A DNA stretch of 64,000 nt from Chloroflexota bacterium (lineage in GTDB: Bacteria > Chloroflexota > Dehalococcoidia > UBA2979), in NCBI GenBank assembly GCA_947499615.1, contig CANMOP010000005.1, forward strand, positions 24,206 through 88,205, read 5' to 3'. Positions 48,881-63,481 of the stretch are shown here, one piece after another (positions within the stretch are counted from its first letter, which is position 1; each line of letters begins with the position of its first letter). The translations under genes and the position numbers were made by a program. The notes below the pieces were generated by a model that worked only from the letters and a program-made list of their open reading frames with translations, was not told where the DNA came from and ran no database searches.

Positions 48881-49079
48881 GCGTGCATGATAGCAGGTCT
48901 ACTGGCGATGGTGAGCGATGATATGAGTGTTAGTGTCGTAGGAGTGGCGAAGGGGCGAGGTGTCGACCGCCTCGCCTCGCCTCGCCTCGCGCGTGGCCGC
49001 TCCGCTTGCTGGACGGTATCGTCACGCGCGGTATAACGAGCATGCGGGCGGGGCGTGACTGTTGCGAGGAGTGCTCCCC

Positions 49080-50255
49080 ATGGCTGCTGCGTCGGCGAAG
49101 ACCGGATATGCACCCGAAGTGCGCTGGATGTTCGGTTGGGCGCTGGTGCTGTTCGCGTGGACGGTTGGCATCGGCATCCTGAACGGCCTGGACATCGTCG
49201 ACTTCGACCGCAAGTTCCTGCTCACACATCTGCACGTCGGGACGTTGGCGTGGATCTCCATGTCGGTGTTCGCGGCGAGCCTCGTGCTGTTCGACAGCGC
49301 GCCGAGCCCCTCGATGCGGCTCGTGGCACGAGCGGCGCCGTTCGTCGCGCTGCTCTACAACATCGCGTTCCTGACGACGACGAGCATGGCGCGGCCGGCG
49401 CTCGGCGCGGTGATGCTCGTCGTGATCGTGGTGTTCGCGGTGCGCGGGTTCATGGCGGCGAGGGCGCGGGTGCTCAGCGTGCCGCATCTGGGGACGCTGG
49501 CGGGTCTGGCCACCTCGGTGATTGGGGCGGTGCTGGGGGTGCTGCTCGGGGCGCGGATCGCGGACCCGTCGATGGGGATCACTGCCGGCGTGCAGACGGC
49601 GCACCCGGCGGTGATGGTGGTGGGCTTTCTCATCCCGGCTGGGATGGCGTACGCCGAGTGGGTGCTGCGTCCGGAGAGCGCCGAGGAGCGTGCGGGCATC
49701 GTCGGGTGGCTGCAGATCGGGTTGCCGTTCCTCGGTGGGGTGGCGATTGTCGCCGGGTTCTTGCTGAACGTGTTCGAGCTGGTGCAGTTCAGTCTGCCAT
49801 TGGAACTCATTGGCACCGTGATCTTCCTGGTGCGCCTGGCGCCGCGTGCGATGCGGACCTCGTGGACCGTGGCGGGGCCGGGGTGGCACGCGGTGGTCGC
49901 GATGATCTTCCTGCCGGTCAACGTGCTGCTGCTGGTGGCGCTGATCGTGCGCTTTGCACCCGACGTGGAGCAGGCGCCGCCACGGCTGTTCGAGGCGATC
50001 GACCACACGATCTTCGTGGGTGTGATGACCTCGTCGATCCTGGGGTACGTGATGACGCTGTCGCGATCCGCGCGGCCGGCGTGGGTGGATCAGTTTGTGT
50101 TCTGGGGGGTCACGGTCGGTGTCACGGGATTTGTGGCCGGGCTGCTGACGGATCAGACGCACATGATCCGCACGTTCACGCCGCTGCTCGGTGTGGCCAT
50201 CCTCGTGGCGGTGGTGGCGCACGCGCCGGCGTTGCTCCGCGGGGCGCGCGAGTAG
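49080..50255 (+). CDS. Polytopic hypothetical membrane protein
   Basis: 391 aa with about 10 hydrophobic segments. No recognisable family. The antisense 430-aa ORF is rejected. Confidence 0.5.
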   Translation: MAAASAKTGYAPEVRWMFGWALVLFAWTVGIGILNGLDIVDFDRKFLLTHLHVGTLAWISMSVFAASLVLFDSAPSPSMRLVARAAPFVALLYNIAFLTTTSMARPALGAVMLVVIVVFAVRGFMAARARVLSVPHLGTLAGLATSVIGAVLGVLLGARIADPSMGITAGVQTAHPAVMVVGFLIPAGMAYAEWVLRPESAEERAGIVGWLQIGLPFLGGVAIVAGFLLNVFELVQFSLPLELIGTVIFLVRLAPRAMRTSWTVAGPGWHAVVAMIFLPVNVLLLVALIVRFAPDVEQAPPRLFEAIDHTIFVGVMTSSILGYVMTLSRSARPAWVDQFVFWGVTVGVTGFVAGLLTDQTHMIRTFTPLLGVAILVAVVAHAPALLRGARE

Positions 50256-50280
50256 CCTCGGCGCGGCAGCGAGCAGGAGA

Positions 50281-50376
50281 GAGCCCTCACCCCCGGCCCC
50301 TCTCCCCGCACGGCGGGGCGAGGGGCCGGGGGTGAGGGCTGCGGTGGCGTGCGGGGAGAGGGGTGAGGGTTCCCGC
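50281..50376. repeat. Full-length family palindrome (copy F, ~57 bp) plus adjacent partial copy G
   Basis: GCCCTCACCCCCGGCCCCTCTCCCCGCacggCGGGGCGAGGGGCCGGGGGTGAGGGC with 27-bp arms, followed by GCGGGGAGAGGGGTGAGGGTTCCC. Sits between convergent genes. Confidence 0.8.
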
Positions 50377-50395
50377 CGGGTGAGCGCGGGCGCTC

Positions 50396-51274
50396 CTACT
50401 CTGCTTTGACCGTTTCACCCTCGATGTATTCGGCGATGGGATCGATGAACGAGGTGGGGCGGGCGCGGTCGGCGTGCAGACGTGAGAGCAGGGCGAGCGC
50501 TTTGCGCGTGTCCGAGGCAACGCGCGCGGGCTCACCGGTCTTGAGGCGATACTTGCTGCACCAGTAGGTGAATGCCTGCCAGTCCGCCTGCCGGACGCGC
50601 GCGCCGAGCGGCTGGCCGGTGTCCGCGACGTAGAGCGCCATCAACTCCGCCAGTGGTTTGCCGTAGATGCGCTCGTAGGCGGTGACGTCGGCCGGCTCGC
50701 CGCGGATGCCGTCGATGTTGCGCGCCTTGTGGAGGTCGAGTTCCGCGGTCAGCAGCAGCGTCTCTTCCACAACCACGCCGTACTGGAAGTTGAGGTGCGC
50801 GCGGTGCTTGGCAACGCCGATGGCGCGTGCGAACGCTTCCTCATCGGAGCCGTCCGGGGGCTCGGCGCGGAACAGCAGCCGTTCCGCCTCGAGGGTGGGG
50901 ATGCGCGATCCGGCGGCCTCCAGCAGCCGACCCGCGAGGCTGAGCCAGTCGAATGCCTCCCCGGCGATCAGGTAGTCGCGCGGCGCGCCTGCGACCGACT
51001 CGGCAGGCGCGACCCAGCGGGAGATGATGTCCAGCAGCGCGGGGTACCACGGCGCCCCGTGATCCAGGGCGTCCAAGAACGCAGCGACGGCAGCGTCCGG
51101 CTCCAAGGGGCCGTCGGCGGCGGCCGCGGCGGTCTGGCTGGCGTCCTGTTGCTCGGGCGGGTCGGGCTCGCGCGCGTCAGTTCCGGCACCATCCGTGGCA
51201 GCTTCGAGGGTGCTGGCTGCGTCGTCTGGCGGAGGTGTCGGGTTCGGTCGAGGGCGGATGGCGGCGCGCGGCAT
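50396..51274 (-). CDS. Hypothetical protein immediately downstream of secA
   Basis: About 292 aa from 'MPRAAIRP'. The start overlaps the secA stop. No recognisable family. Confidence 0.4.
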   Translation of the reverse strand: MPRAAIRPRPNPTPPPDDAASTLEAATDGAGTDAREPDPPEQQDASQTAAAAADGPLEPDAAVAAFLDALDHGAPWYPALLDIISRWVAPAESVAGAPRDYLIAGEAFDWLSLAGRLLEAAGSRIPTLEAERLLFRAEPPDGSDEEAFARAIGVAKHRAHLNFQYGVVVEETLLLTAELDLHKARNIDGIRGEPADVTAYERIYGKPLAELMALYVADTGQPLGARVRQADWQAFTYWCSKYRLKTGEPARVASDTRKALALLSRLHADRARPTSFIDPIAEYIEGETVKAE

Positions 51275-51276
51275 CG

Positions 51277-53880
<2,604 letters not shown>

Positions 53881-53926
53881 CGATCCCCTTGTCGCCGCCG
53901 GGGCGGCCGTCCAGCGCAGCGGCTGG

Positions 53927-54856
53927 CTACAGGAAGAGCTCTCCGACGGAGCCACCTGTGTGGATGCGGTGCATCGCGTCGCCGATCAGCGGCGCAACGG
54001 ATAGCGTGTGAGTGGCCACCTTCTGGAACGGCCGCGACACGGGGACGCTGTCTGTGTAGACCAGTTCCGCGACGTCGCTTGTGTCCAACAGATCGTACGC
54101 CCGCGGCGCGAACAGTGGGTGCACGCAGGCCAGGTGGACTGAGCGCGCGCCCTCCGAGCGCAGCAGCTTCAGCGACGAGGCCACGGTGCCACCCGTCAGG
54201 ATTTCGTCGTCGACGATCACGCAGTCGCGACCGTTGACGTCGCCGATCAGCGTCATCGCCTCGGCGCTGTCGTTGTTGCCGGTGCGGCGCTTGTCGACGA
54301 TCGCGAGATCCGCGCCGAGGCGGGCCGCGACGTTGCGCGCGCCCTTGGCACCGCCGACATCGGTGGCAACGACCACCGGGTCCTGCAGGTTCTGGCCGCG
54401 GAAGTAGTCCGCGATCATCGGCAGCGCGGTCAGTTCGTCCAACGGGATGTTGAAGAAGCCCTGAATCTGACCGGCGTGGAGGTTCAGCGTGAGTACGCGG
54501 TTCGCCCCGGCAACCTCGATGAAGTTGGCGAGCAGGCGCGCAGTGATCGGGACGCGTGGTTGATCCTTCTTGTCGGAGCGGCCGTAACCGTAGTACGGGA
54601 TGACCGCCGTGATGCGTCCCGCCGAGGCGCGCTTGGCGGCATCGATCATGATCAGCAGCTCCATGAGCCGCGTGTTCACGGGTGGGACGATGGGCTGGAT
54701 CAGGAAGACATCGCGTTCGCGGATGTTCTCCTGGAAGCGGACGAAGATGTTCTCGTTGGAGAACTCGGTGACCTCGCAGTCGCCGAGCGGCAACTTGAGG
54801 TGCCTACAGACGGCCTCCGCGAACTCGCGGTGCGCATTTCCGGTGAAGACGGCCAT
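53927..54856 (-). CDS. prs: Ribose-phosphate pyrophosphokinase
   Basis: 309 aa. PRPP-binding 'VIVDDEILTGGT' and flexible-loop motifs. Confidence 0.9.
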   Translation of the reverse strand: MAVFTGNAHREFAEAVCRHLKLPLGDCEVTEFSNENIFVRFQENIRERDVFLIQPIVPPVNTRLMELLIMIDAAKRASAGRITAVIPYYGYGRSDKKDQPRVPITARLLANFIEVAGANRVLTLNLHAGQIQGFFNIPLDELTALPMIADYFRGQNLQDPVVVATDVGGAKGARNVAARLGADLAIVDKRRTGNNDSAEAMTLIGDVNGRDCVIVDDEILTGGTVASSLKLLRSEGARSVHLACVHPLFAPRAYDLLDTSDVAELVYTDSVPVSRPFQKVATHTLSVAPLIGDAMHRIHTGGSVGELFL

Positions 54857-54951
54857 TTCGCGCACTGTGCGGCTCCTGAGCCCCGGGCACGATGCCGGGC
54901 GCACCCATGTGGGGACAGGTCTTCATCGTAGCACCGGCTCTCGCCAGACGC

Positions 54952-54981
54952 AGTGCCCCCGCCTCGCAGAGGCGGGGGCGT
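54952..54981. terminator. GC hairpin terminator downstream of bioY / upstream of prs
   Basis: gcccccgcctc-gcag-gaggcgggggc perfect 11-bp stem. Confidence 0.55.
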
Positions 54982-55039
54982 CCAAGTCGCGGGCTGACGT
55001 GAGGCCGGTGCCGCCGGAGCCCGCTTCGCGACTGGTCGA

Positions 55040-56062
55040 CTACTCGGCGGCGGCGTCGAGTGCGGTTGTGGCCAGCAGCAGCACGGCCGCGACCACGCAG
55101 ACCGCGACTCCGCCGGCGACGTCCGCCAGCGCGAGTTCCCCGGCCTTCGTGAACACCACGAGGTTTACGAAGGCGAAGAGTCCGCCGGTGGCGGCAGCGG
55201 CGAAGCCGATGAGCTGCGTCGCGCCGGAGCCGATCACCCTCGTCATGCGCAGGATCGCGCCAACCATGCCGAGGATGCCCGCCGCCAGCACGATCTGGCC
55301 AGCGGTCTGCTGGATGCCGAGGGTACCGGGCGACCATGGGAGCAGCGCCCCTGCCGCCATCAACAGTGCTGCGGCCGCCGCGTACGGGGTAACTCGAACG
55401 CCCGCAGGCGTCCCGGCATGATCATCGGCGTCGCGGACGCCAAACGCGTGGAGCAACTGCCATGCGGACGGGACGAGGCCCGCCGCGAGCAGCAGCTTGG
55501 CGAGATCGCCCGGGATGAACGGCAGCAACCCGAGCTTCAGCGTGAGGCCGACGGTCATCGCGTCCACCTTGAGCAGGCCGGTGTGCAGGGTGCCCCACGC
55601 GTAGAGCCACGGGAGGCCGACGGCGTAGATGACTGCGCTGCCCAGCAGCATCGCGGCCGCCATGGTGGCCGGGCGGCGGTCCCAGCCGCGCTCAGCCAGC
55701 CAGCCGACGAGCGCTGTGGCGAAAGGGTACGAGACGAGGTAGCCCCCGCTGGAGCCGATGATGATCGCCCAGCCGGACTTGCCACCGGCGAACACCGGCA
55801 GGCCGACGATACCCTCGACGACGTAGAGGGCGGCGGCGGCGAGTCCCAGCCGAGCGCCGAGCGTGCCGCCGACCAGCAGCACGGCGAAGGTCTGCGCTGT
55901 AATCGGCACCGGCCCGATCGGCAGCACGATGCTGATCCGCGCGGAGACGGCGATGAACATCGATGCCGCGATGACCACGGCAAGGTGCCGCAGCAGCGTC
56001 TGCTGTGGGAAGAGAACCTGGGCCAGGGTGGTGCCTGTGCGGGCCTGACGTGCCGAGAGCAT
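55040..56062 (-). CDS. bioY: BioY-family biotin transporter (ECF S-component) with extra C-terminal TM extension
   Basis: N-terminal ~190 aa match BioY ('PITAQTFAVLLVGGTLG...GGYLVSYPFAT...LPFIPGDLAKL'). An additional ~150 aa with 3-4 hydrophobic helices follows. Confidence 0.7.
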   Translation of the reverse strand: MLSARQARTGTTLAQVLFPQQTLLRHLAVVIAASMFIAVSARISIVLPIGPVPITAQTFAVLLVGGTLGARLGLAAAALYVVEGIVGLPVFAGGKSGWAIIIGSSGGYLVSYPFATALVGWLAERGWDRRPATMAAAMLLGSAVIYAVGLPWLYAWGTLHTGLLKVDAMTVGLTLKLGLLPFIPGDLAKLLLAAGLVPSAWQLLHAFGVRDADDHAGTPAGVRVTPYAAAAALLMAAGALLPWSPGTLGIQQTAGQIVLAAGILGMVGAILRMTRVIGSGATQLIGFAAAATGGLFAFVNLVVFTKAGELALADVAGGVAVCVVAAVLLLATTALDAAAE

Positions 56063-56181
56063 GGATCGTACCTCCGAGGGGGCGGGCGGGTGTGCTCGCG
56101 GTAGACTATCAGTGTTCCGGCGTAACGATGCTGGTGGGTGCGGGTGTCGTCAAGACGCCGCGTCGTGGAGAGGGAGTGCGC

Positions 56182-56763
56182 ATGTCGACCGAGGAGTCCG
56201 CGTTCCGCTCGACTGGATCGGCGACGGCGGCGTCTGGTGCTCCCTCGGACGCGGCGGATGCCAGCGTGGTCTGGATGTTCACCTCGCCCACCGCTGGCGC
56301 GCCCATGGAGCAGCAGGGCTCCGTGGTGGTGGTGCCGGGAGTGGGAATCGTCGGCGACCGCTATGCGCTGGGCACGGGACACTGGAGCGCGCCTCGGTGG
56401 CCAGACCAGCAACTGACGCTCTTCGAGGTCGAGGTGGCGGAGGAGCTCGGCTGCGAGCCGTACGAGGCCCGCCGCAACATTGTGACGCGTGGGGTGCGGC
56501 TGTTCGGGCTGATCGGGGTGCGCTTCCGCATCGGTGGCGCGCTGCTGGCTGGCGTGCGCGCCTGCGACCCGTGCTCCTACATCGAGCGGCTCACCGGGCG
56601 GCCGGGGCTGACGAAGCAACTGACCAGCGGCCGCGGCGGTCTACGCGCTCGCATCATCGAGGGCGGCATGATCCGCCTCGGCGATCGCATCGAGGTGGTC
56701 GGCCTCGACGATTCGGGCGCGGAGCCGCCGTGGGAGTCGGCGCAGCGAGACGCAGGGCACTAG
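56182..56763 (+). CDS. MOSC domain protein
   Basis: 'GVGIVGDRYALGTGHWS' and conserved Cys in 'RACDPCSYIE' typical of MOSC (MOCO sulfurase C-terminal) beta-barrel. Start may lie downstream. Confidence 0.7.
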   Translation: MSTEESAFRSTGSATAASGAPSDAADASVVWMFTSPTAGAPMEQQGSVVVVPGVGIVGDRYALGTGHWSAPRWPDQQLTLFEVEVAEELGCEPYEARRNIVTRGVRLFGLIGVRFRIGGALLAGVRACDPCSYIERLTGRPGLTKQLTSGRGGLRARIIEGGMIRLGDRIEVVGLDDSGAEPPWESAQRDAGH

Positions 56764-56779
56764 GCGCGGCAGGCGGGCG

Positions 56780-57913
56780 CTATTCGAGCAGGTCGAGGAT
56801 CTCCTGCGCGGCGTAGAGTTGCGGGCGGCCGTGGTCGAGCGGGGAGAGGATTCCCGCTGCGCGCAGCCGTTCGATCACCAGGCGGGCGCCCGCAGGCGTG
56901 ACCCCAAGGATGTTGGCGACGATTGGTGCGCTGATCACTGGCCACACCAGCAGTTCCTCCACGAGTCTGCTGGCGTTCGCGGAGGCGTGTGCAGCCTGGA
57001 GGCGGCGCCGATATTCCTCATGTAGGTCACGTAGCGCCTTGACGCGGTGGGCCGCATCGATGGCGATCTCGGTGACGCCGCGCAAAAAGTAATGGAGCCA
57101 CGGACGCCAGTTGCCGCTCGCGCTGACGGCGTAGAGGTGGTCGTAGTAGGCGCTGCGTTCGCGTTCGAAGTACGCGCTGACGTAGAGCAGTGGAGTAGAC
57201 AGCACGTCGCGTTCGATGAGGAAGAGCGGGATCAGGAGGCGTCCGATCCTGCCGTTGCCGTCGTTGAACGGGTGGATCGTCTCGAACTGGTAGTGCATCA
57301 AGGCGCAGCGGATGAGTGGAGGCAGCGGCCCATCGTCATGGACGAACTGTTCCCAGTCCGCCAGCAGGCCTGGAAACATGCGGTGCGGTGGAGGTACGAA
57401 GCGGGCCTCGGCAATCGACACGCCCTGGGCCGCGATGTAGACCTGCCGGTCGCGAAGTTCGCCCGGCCGCTTGTCGTCGCCGCGGACGCCGTCCATGAGG
57501 GTGGCGTGCAGTTCGCGGATGAGCCCAGTGCTGATCGGGAGCGTCGCGAGGCGTTGCTGACCCTCGCCGAGTGCGCGGACGTAGTTCGCCACCTCGCGTG
57601 TGTCTGGCGTGCGCGCCTTGCCGCTCGCCTCAAAGACGTACACGTCTGGAAGGGACGCCTGGGTGCCCTCGATGCGTGAGGAGAGTACCGCCTCTCGCCG
57701 GAGGAACGGCTCGATCAGCAGATACGGATTGGGCAGAGTCTCACCAGCCCCGGACAGTTCAGCGACGGCGCGGGACGCACCATCGAGGACATAGACGGTC
57801 TCTGGATCGAACTGCAGGATTCTCGGCAGCGGAGCCGGGAGGAACGCGAGGACACCCGCTTCTGCCTCGATGAGGTGTCCGGCGGTGGAGTCCTTGAAGT
57901 CATCGGTGTTCAC
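56780..57913 (-). CDS. Fic family protein (Fic_N + FIC + C-terminal wHTH)
   Basis: Canonical Fic motif 'HPFNDGNGRIGR'. 377 aa architecture typical of long Fic/DOC proteins. Confidence 0.85.
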   Translation of the reverse strand: MNTDDFKDSTAGHLIEAEAGVLAFLPAPLPRILQFDPETVYVLDGASRAVAELSGAGETLPNPYLLIEPFLRREAVLSSRIEGTQASLPDVYVFEASGKARTPDTREVANYVRALGEGQQRLATLPISTGLIRELHATLMDGVRGDDKRPGELRDRQVYIAAQGVSIAEARFVPPPHRMFPGLLADWEQFVHDDGPLPPLIRCALMHYQFETIHPFNDGNGRIGRLLIPLFLIERDVLSTPLLYVSAYFERERSAYYDHLYAVSASGNWRPWLHYFLRGVTEIAIDAAHRVKALRDLHEEYRRRLQAAHASANASRLVEELLVWPVISAPIVANILGVTPAGARLVIERLRAAGILSPLDHGRPQLYAAQEILDLLE

Positions 57914-58117
57914 AGTTGATCGATTAGTCCAGTCACACTCAAGTCATCAATGGAAAGTTATGGACAGAAAAGTAACATTCGCTCTCAGGCATGGCAACCC
58001 AATTAGCATTGACCCGCCCTTGCGCGGGCTCCTACCATCGAGGCGTGAGCGATTGCGACGTAGTAGTAACCAGCGGCGGCTGACGCGCCTCGAACGTCGA
58101 GGCTGCGAAGCCGCCTG

Positions 58118-58146
58118 TGCCCCGCCTTGGCGGGGCTTTCTGTTGC
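58118..58146 (+). terminator. Terminator-like hairpin + U-tract in the valS 5' leader (putative attenuator)
   Basis: gccccgcc-ttgg-cggggc followed by TTTCTGTT, 47 nt upstream of the valS ATG. A candidate promoter TTGACC-18-TACCAT sits at 58009-58038. Confidence 0.4.
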
Positions 58147-58192
58147 CGCCGACCCATCGTGATGCGGTCGAGCGGGGATTGGGGTGAGGCGA

Positions 58193-60957
<2,765 letters not shown>

Positions 60958-61016
60958 AGCGTGCCAACTCGCTGTTGCTGGGCGGCGAAGGTAGTCAGAC
61001 GAAAGAGGGGGGCTGG

Positions 61017-62144
61017 CTACGAGCAGCGCCCGATGACGACGGTGTTCGCCGGGATGCCGGTGGTGAACTTCGAGTTCCACGCGGCGTTGACGACGGTGAT
61101 GGTTGCGCCGAGCACGTACGTGACGAAGCCGCCACTCCCGTCGCTGACCCAGAAGCCTGCGCTGGCAAGCGAGGCGCAACCCGCCGCTCCGGTGAGCTGG
61201 TCGTTGGTGCCGCCGGCGAAGATCGTGAGGCCGGTACCGGTGGCCGGGACGCGACTACTGACGGTGCCGGGCCCTCGCACCTGGGAGGCTGGAGCGGTGG
61301 ACGGGCGAGCGGCCGGCGCTGCGCTCTGGGCCCTCACGATGCGCGCGAACCACACTCCCGTGACACCGGGGCAGCCGCTCTTCGCGGGAGCCGAGAACAC
61401 TCCCTCGATGACGTCGGATGTCTGTGTGACGCCGGCGACAGAGGGTGCCGGGGCGGGACGCTGTGTGGTGCGAAGCCCGACATGGAACATCTTGCCGCTG
61501 GTGAGCGTGATGTTCTCCATCTCGACCGGGTAGGCGCAGGCGCCCTCCTTGTAGTCGATCTTCAGTTTGTCGATGACATCCGGGCTGTCACCGGTCGAGA
61601 TTTCGATCGTGCCTCCCGTGCCGAGGTTGGCACCGGAGGAGACAGAGCCGCGCCAGACTGAGCGCGCCGGGATGCCCGGGCCGACTCCCGCTCCTTCGGT
61701 GGCCTCTGCGAGGTACGTCGTATGAGTGGTGCAGGAGGAATTGGTCGCCGACGCCTCGTAGAAGTAATCGGGCGTTCCGATCATCGCGCCGCCATCCGCT
61801 AGCGCACCGGTGTACCAGCATGAAATGATCCCGGGGGCACCTGTCACTGCCGACGACCCGTTGAAGAAGGTGTTGGATTGGCTGAGCGGGAGCGTGACCA
61901 GCGTAGTGGTCCCTACACAACCCTCGAGTCCGGAGCGTACGACGGACAAGGTCAACTTCTCACCGGCGGCATCGGCCGTGAGGCTGATAGTGTCGGCGTT
62001 GCTGAAGGTGCCCTTGTACACCGCGTTGGGCGGTGCCGCAGCGTGCACCGATGTGACAAGGATTGCGGTTGCGCCAAGCACGGCGAGTACCGCGAGCATC
62101 GATGGGAATGTGACGCGGCGGGCGAGTCGCGAAGACAGTGACAT
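61017..62144 (-). CDS. Secreted Ser/Thr/Gly-rich hypothetical protein
   Basis: Signal peptide 'MSLSSRLARRVTFPSMLAVLAVLGATAILVTSVHAAAP'. 375 aa with no catalytic motifs and several Cys. Confidence 0.45.
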   Translation of the reverse strand: MSLSSRLARRVTFPSMLAVLAVLGATAILVTSVHAAAPPNAVYKGTFSNADTISLTADAAGEKLTLSVVRSGLEGCVGTTTLVTLPLSQSNTFFNGSSAVTGAPGIISCWYTGALADGGAMIGTPDYFYEASATNSSCTTHTTYLAEATEGAGVGPGIPARSVWRGSVSSGANLGTGGTIEISTGDSPDVIDKLKIDYKEGACAYPVEMENITLTSGKMFHVGLRTTQRPAPAPSVAGVTQTSDVIEGVFSAPAKSGCPGVTGVWFARIVRAQSAAPAARPSTAPASQVRGPGTVSSRVPATGTGLTIFAGGTNDQLTGAAGCASLASAGFWVSDGSGGFVTYVLGATITVVNAAWNSKFTTGIPANTVVIGRCS

Positions 62145-62435
62145 GGGGATACTCCGTTCGTGTTGTCCGCCGCACGATATGCCGGGGGGGGGGGCTGACA
62201 AGGGGCGTGGCGCACTCGCGCAGGCCGCCCGCTCATCCAGAGAGGTGAGGGGGGCGTGAGGGCTTCCCGGTCGAGCGGGTGGCATAGTCGACGGATGAAA
62301 AGCGGCGGCGATCCGGGCCCGTGGGTGCGTCATTTCACGATTCGTTGACACTCACTAGGGGCACTGTTACGTTCACTGGCGGTCGCGGGTCGTGCGTTTG
62401 CGCGGGCCGTTTGTAGAAGGCTTTGTGCCCATGCG

Positions 62436-62843
62436 GTGAAGGTGTGGGGGGTTTTGGAACACCTCGTCTCTGGCTCGCTCGACGCGTTGTTTGCCAACTA
62501 CCTCGCGGTACTGATCGCGGCGGCGTTCGGCTTCATCCTTGTACTCTCGGCGCTGATCGGTTCCCGGTTGCTCGCTCCGTTCTCGGAGGAGCGCAACAAG
62601 GGCACCACGTACGAGTGCGGCATGCTGCCAATCAGGCGCGCTGCGACCAACGTGGGCGTGCGCTTTTACCTCTACGCCATCCTCTTCATCATCTTTGACG
62701 TGGAAGCTGTCTTTATCTTCCCGTGGGCGATCTCATTCATCAGCGTGGGTCTGGTGGCGTACTACGAGATGGTCGTCTTCGTCGGGATCCTTGCGGCCGG
62801 GCTCGCGTACGCCTGGAAGAAGGGGGCCCTCCAGTGGCAGTAG
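62436..62843 (+). CDS. nuoA: NADH-quinone oxidoreductase subunit A
   Basis: 135 aa, three TM helices. 'YECG' and '[15 protein letters not shown]' conserved in NuoA/ND3. GTG start. Confidence 0.85.
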   Translation: MKVWGVLEHLVSGSLDALFANYLAVLIAAAFGFILVLSALIGSRLLAPFSEERNKGTTYECGMLPIRRAATNVGVRFYLYAILFIIFDVEAVFIFPWAISFISVGLVAYYEMVVFVGILAAGLAYAWKKGALQWQ

Positions 62844-62854
62844 ACGCTCGAGAC

Positions 62855-63481
62855 ATGGCTGCGACGGGCACGACGGAGACGCAGGCGCCCGCTGCACCGC
62901 CGGAGATCGCGCCGGGCGTTCCGATGCCCGCGGGGCCGGCTGGCCCGCAGGAGCACCCACTTGAGGTGGAGCGGCTGAAGCCGGTGGAATATCTGCCGGG
63001 GAAGGCGCTCTACCGCTCGGTGCTTCCGGGCATCCTGCAGGTGCCGGCTGACCTGGTGATCGCGGCGTCGCGGAAGTCCTCGCTGTGGCCGATGACCTTC
63101 GGGCTGGCGTGCTGCGCCATCGAGATGATCGCCACCTACATGGCGCACTACGACCTGGACCGCTTCGGCATCGTGCCGTGGCCGTCGCCTCGACAGTGCG
63201 ACGTGATGATCGTCGCGGGGACCGTCACCAAGAAGATGGCGCCGGCGGTGAAGCTGCTGTACGAGCAGATGCCGAACCCCAAGTGGGTCATCTCCATGGG
63301 TGCGTGCGCGACCAACGGTGGTCCGTACACGCGATACGACCGCGTGGTGCAGGGCGTGGACAAGATCATCCCGGTGGATGTGTACGTCCCGGGTTGCCCG
63401 CCTCGACCGGAGGCGCTGCTGGACGCGTTCCTCGCGCTGCAGGAGAAGATCATGGAAGACCGGGCGGCGACCGGCCGATGA
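62855..63481 (+). CDS. nuoB: NADH-quinone oxidoreductase subunit B
   Basis: 'GLACCAIEM', '[10 protein letters not shown]' and 'VPGCPPRPE' Fe-S (N2) cluster motifs. Confidence 0.9.
   Translation: MAATGTTETQAPAAPPEIAPGVPMPAGPAGPQEHPLEVERLKPVEYLPGKALYRSVLPGILQVPADLVIAASRKSSLWPMTFGLACCAIEMIATYMAHYDLDRFGIVPWPSPRQCDVMIVAGTVTKKMAPAVKLLYEQMPNPKWVISMGACATNGGPYTRYDRVVQGVDKIIPVDVYVPGCPPRPEALLDAFLALQEKIMEDRAATGR

Noticed and set aside
48930-50222. 430-aa minus-strand His/Arg-rich ORF
   Set aside because: Extreme HR/RR composition. The plus strand encodes a plausible polytopic membrane protein with regular hydrophobic helices.
57940-58192. T-box riboswitch for valS
   Set aside because: No GGGTGGNACCGCG T-box sequence, and the leader (<150 nt) is too short. 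Reported instead as an unclassified terminator-containing leader.
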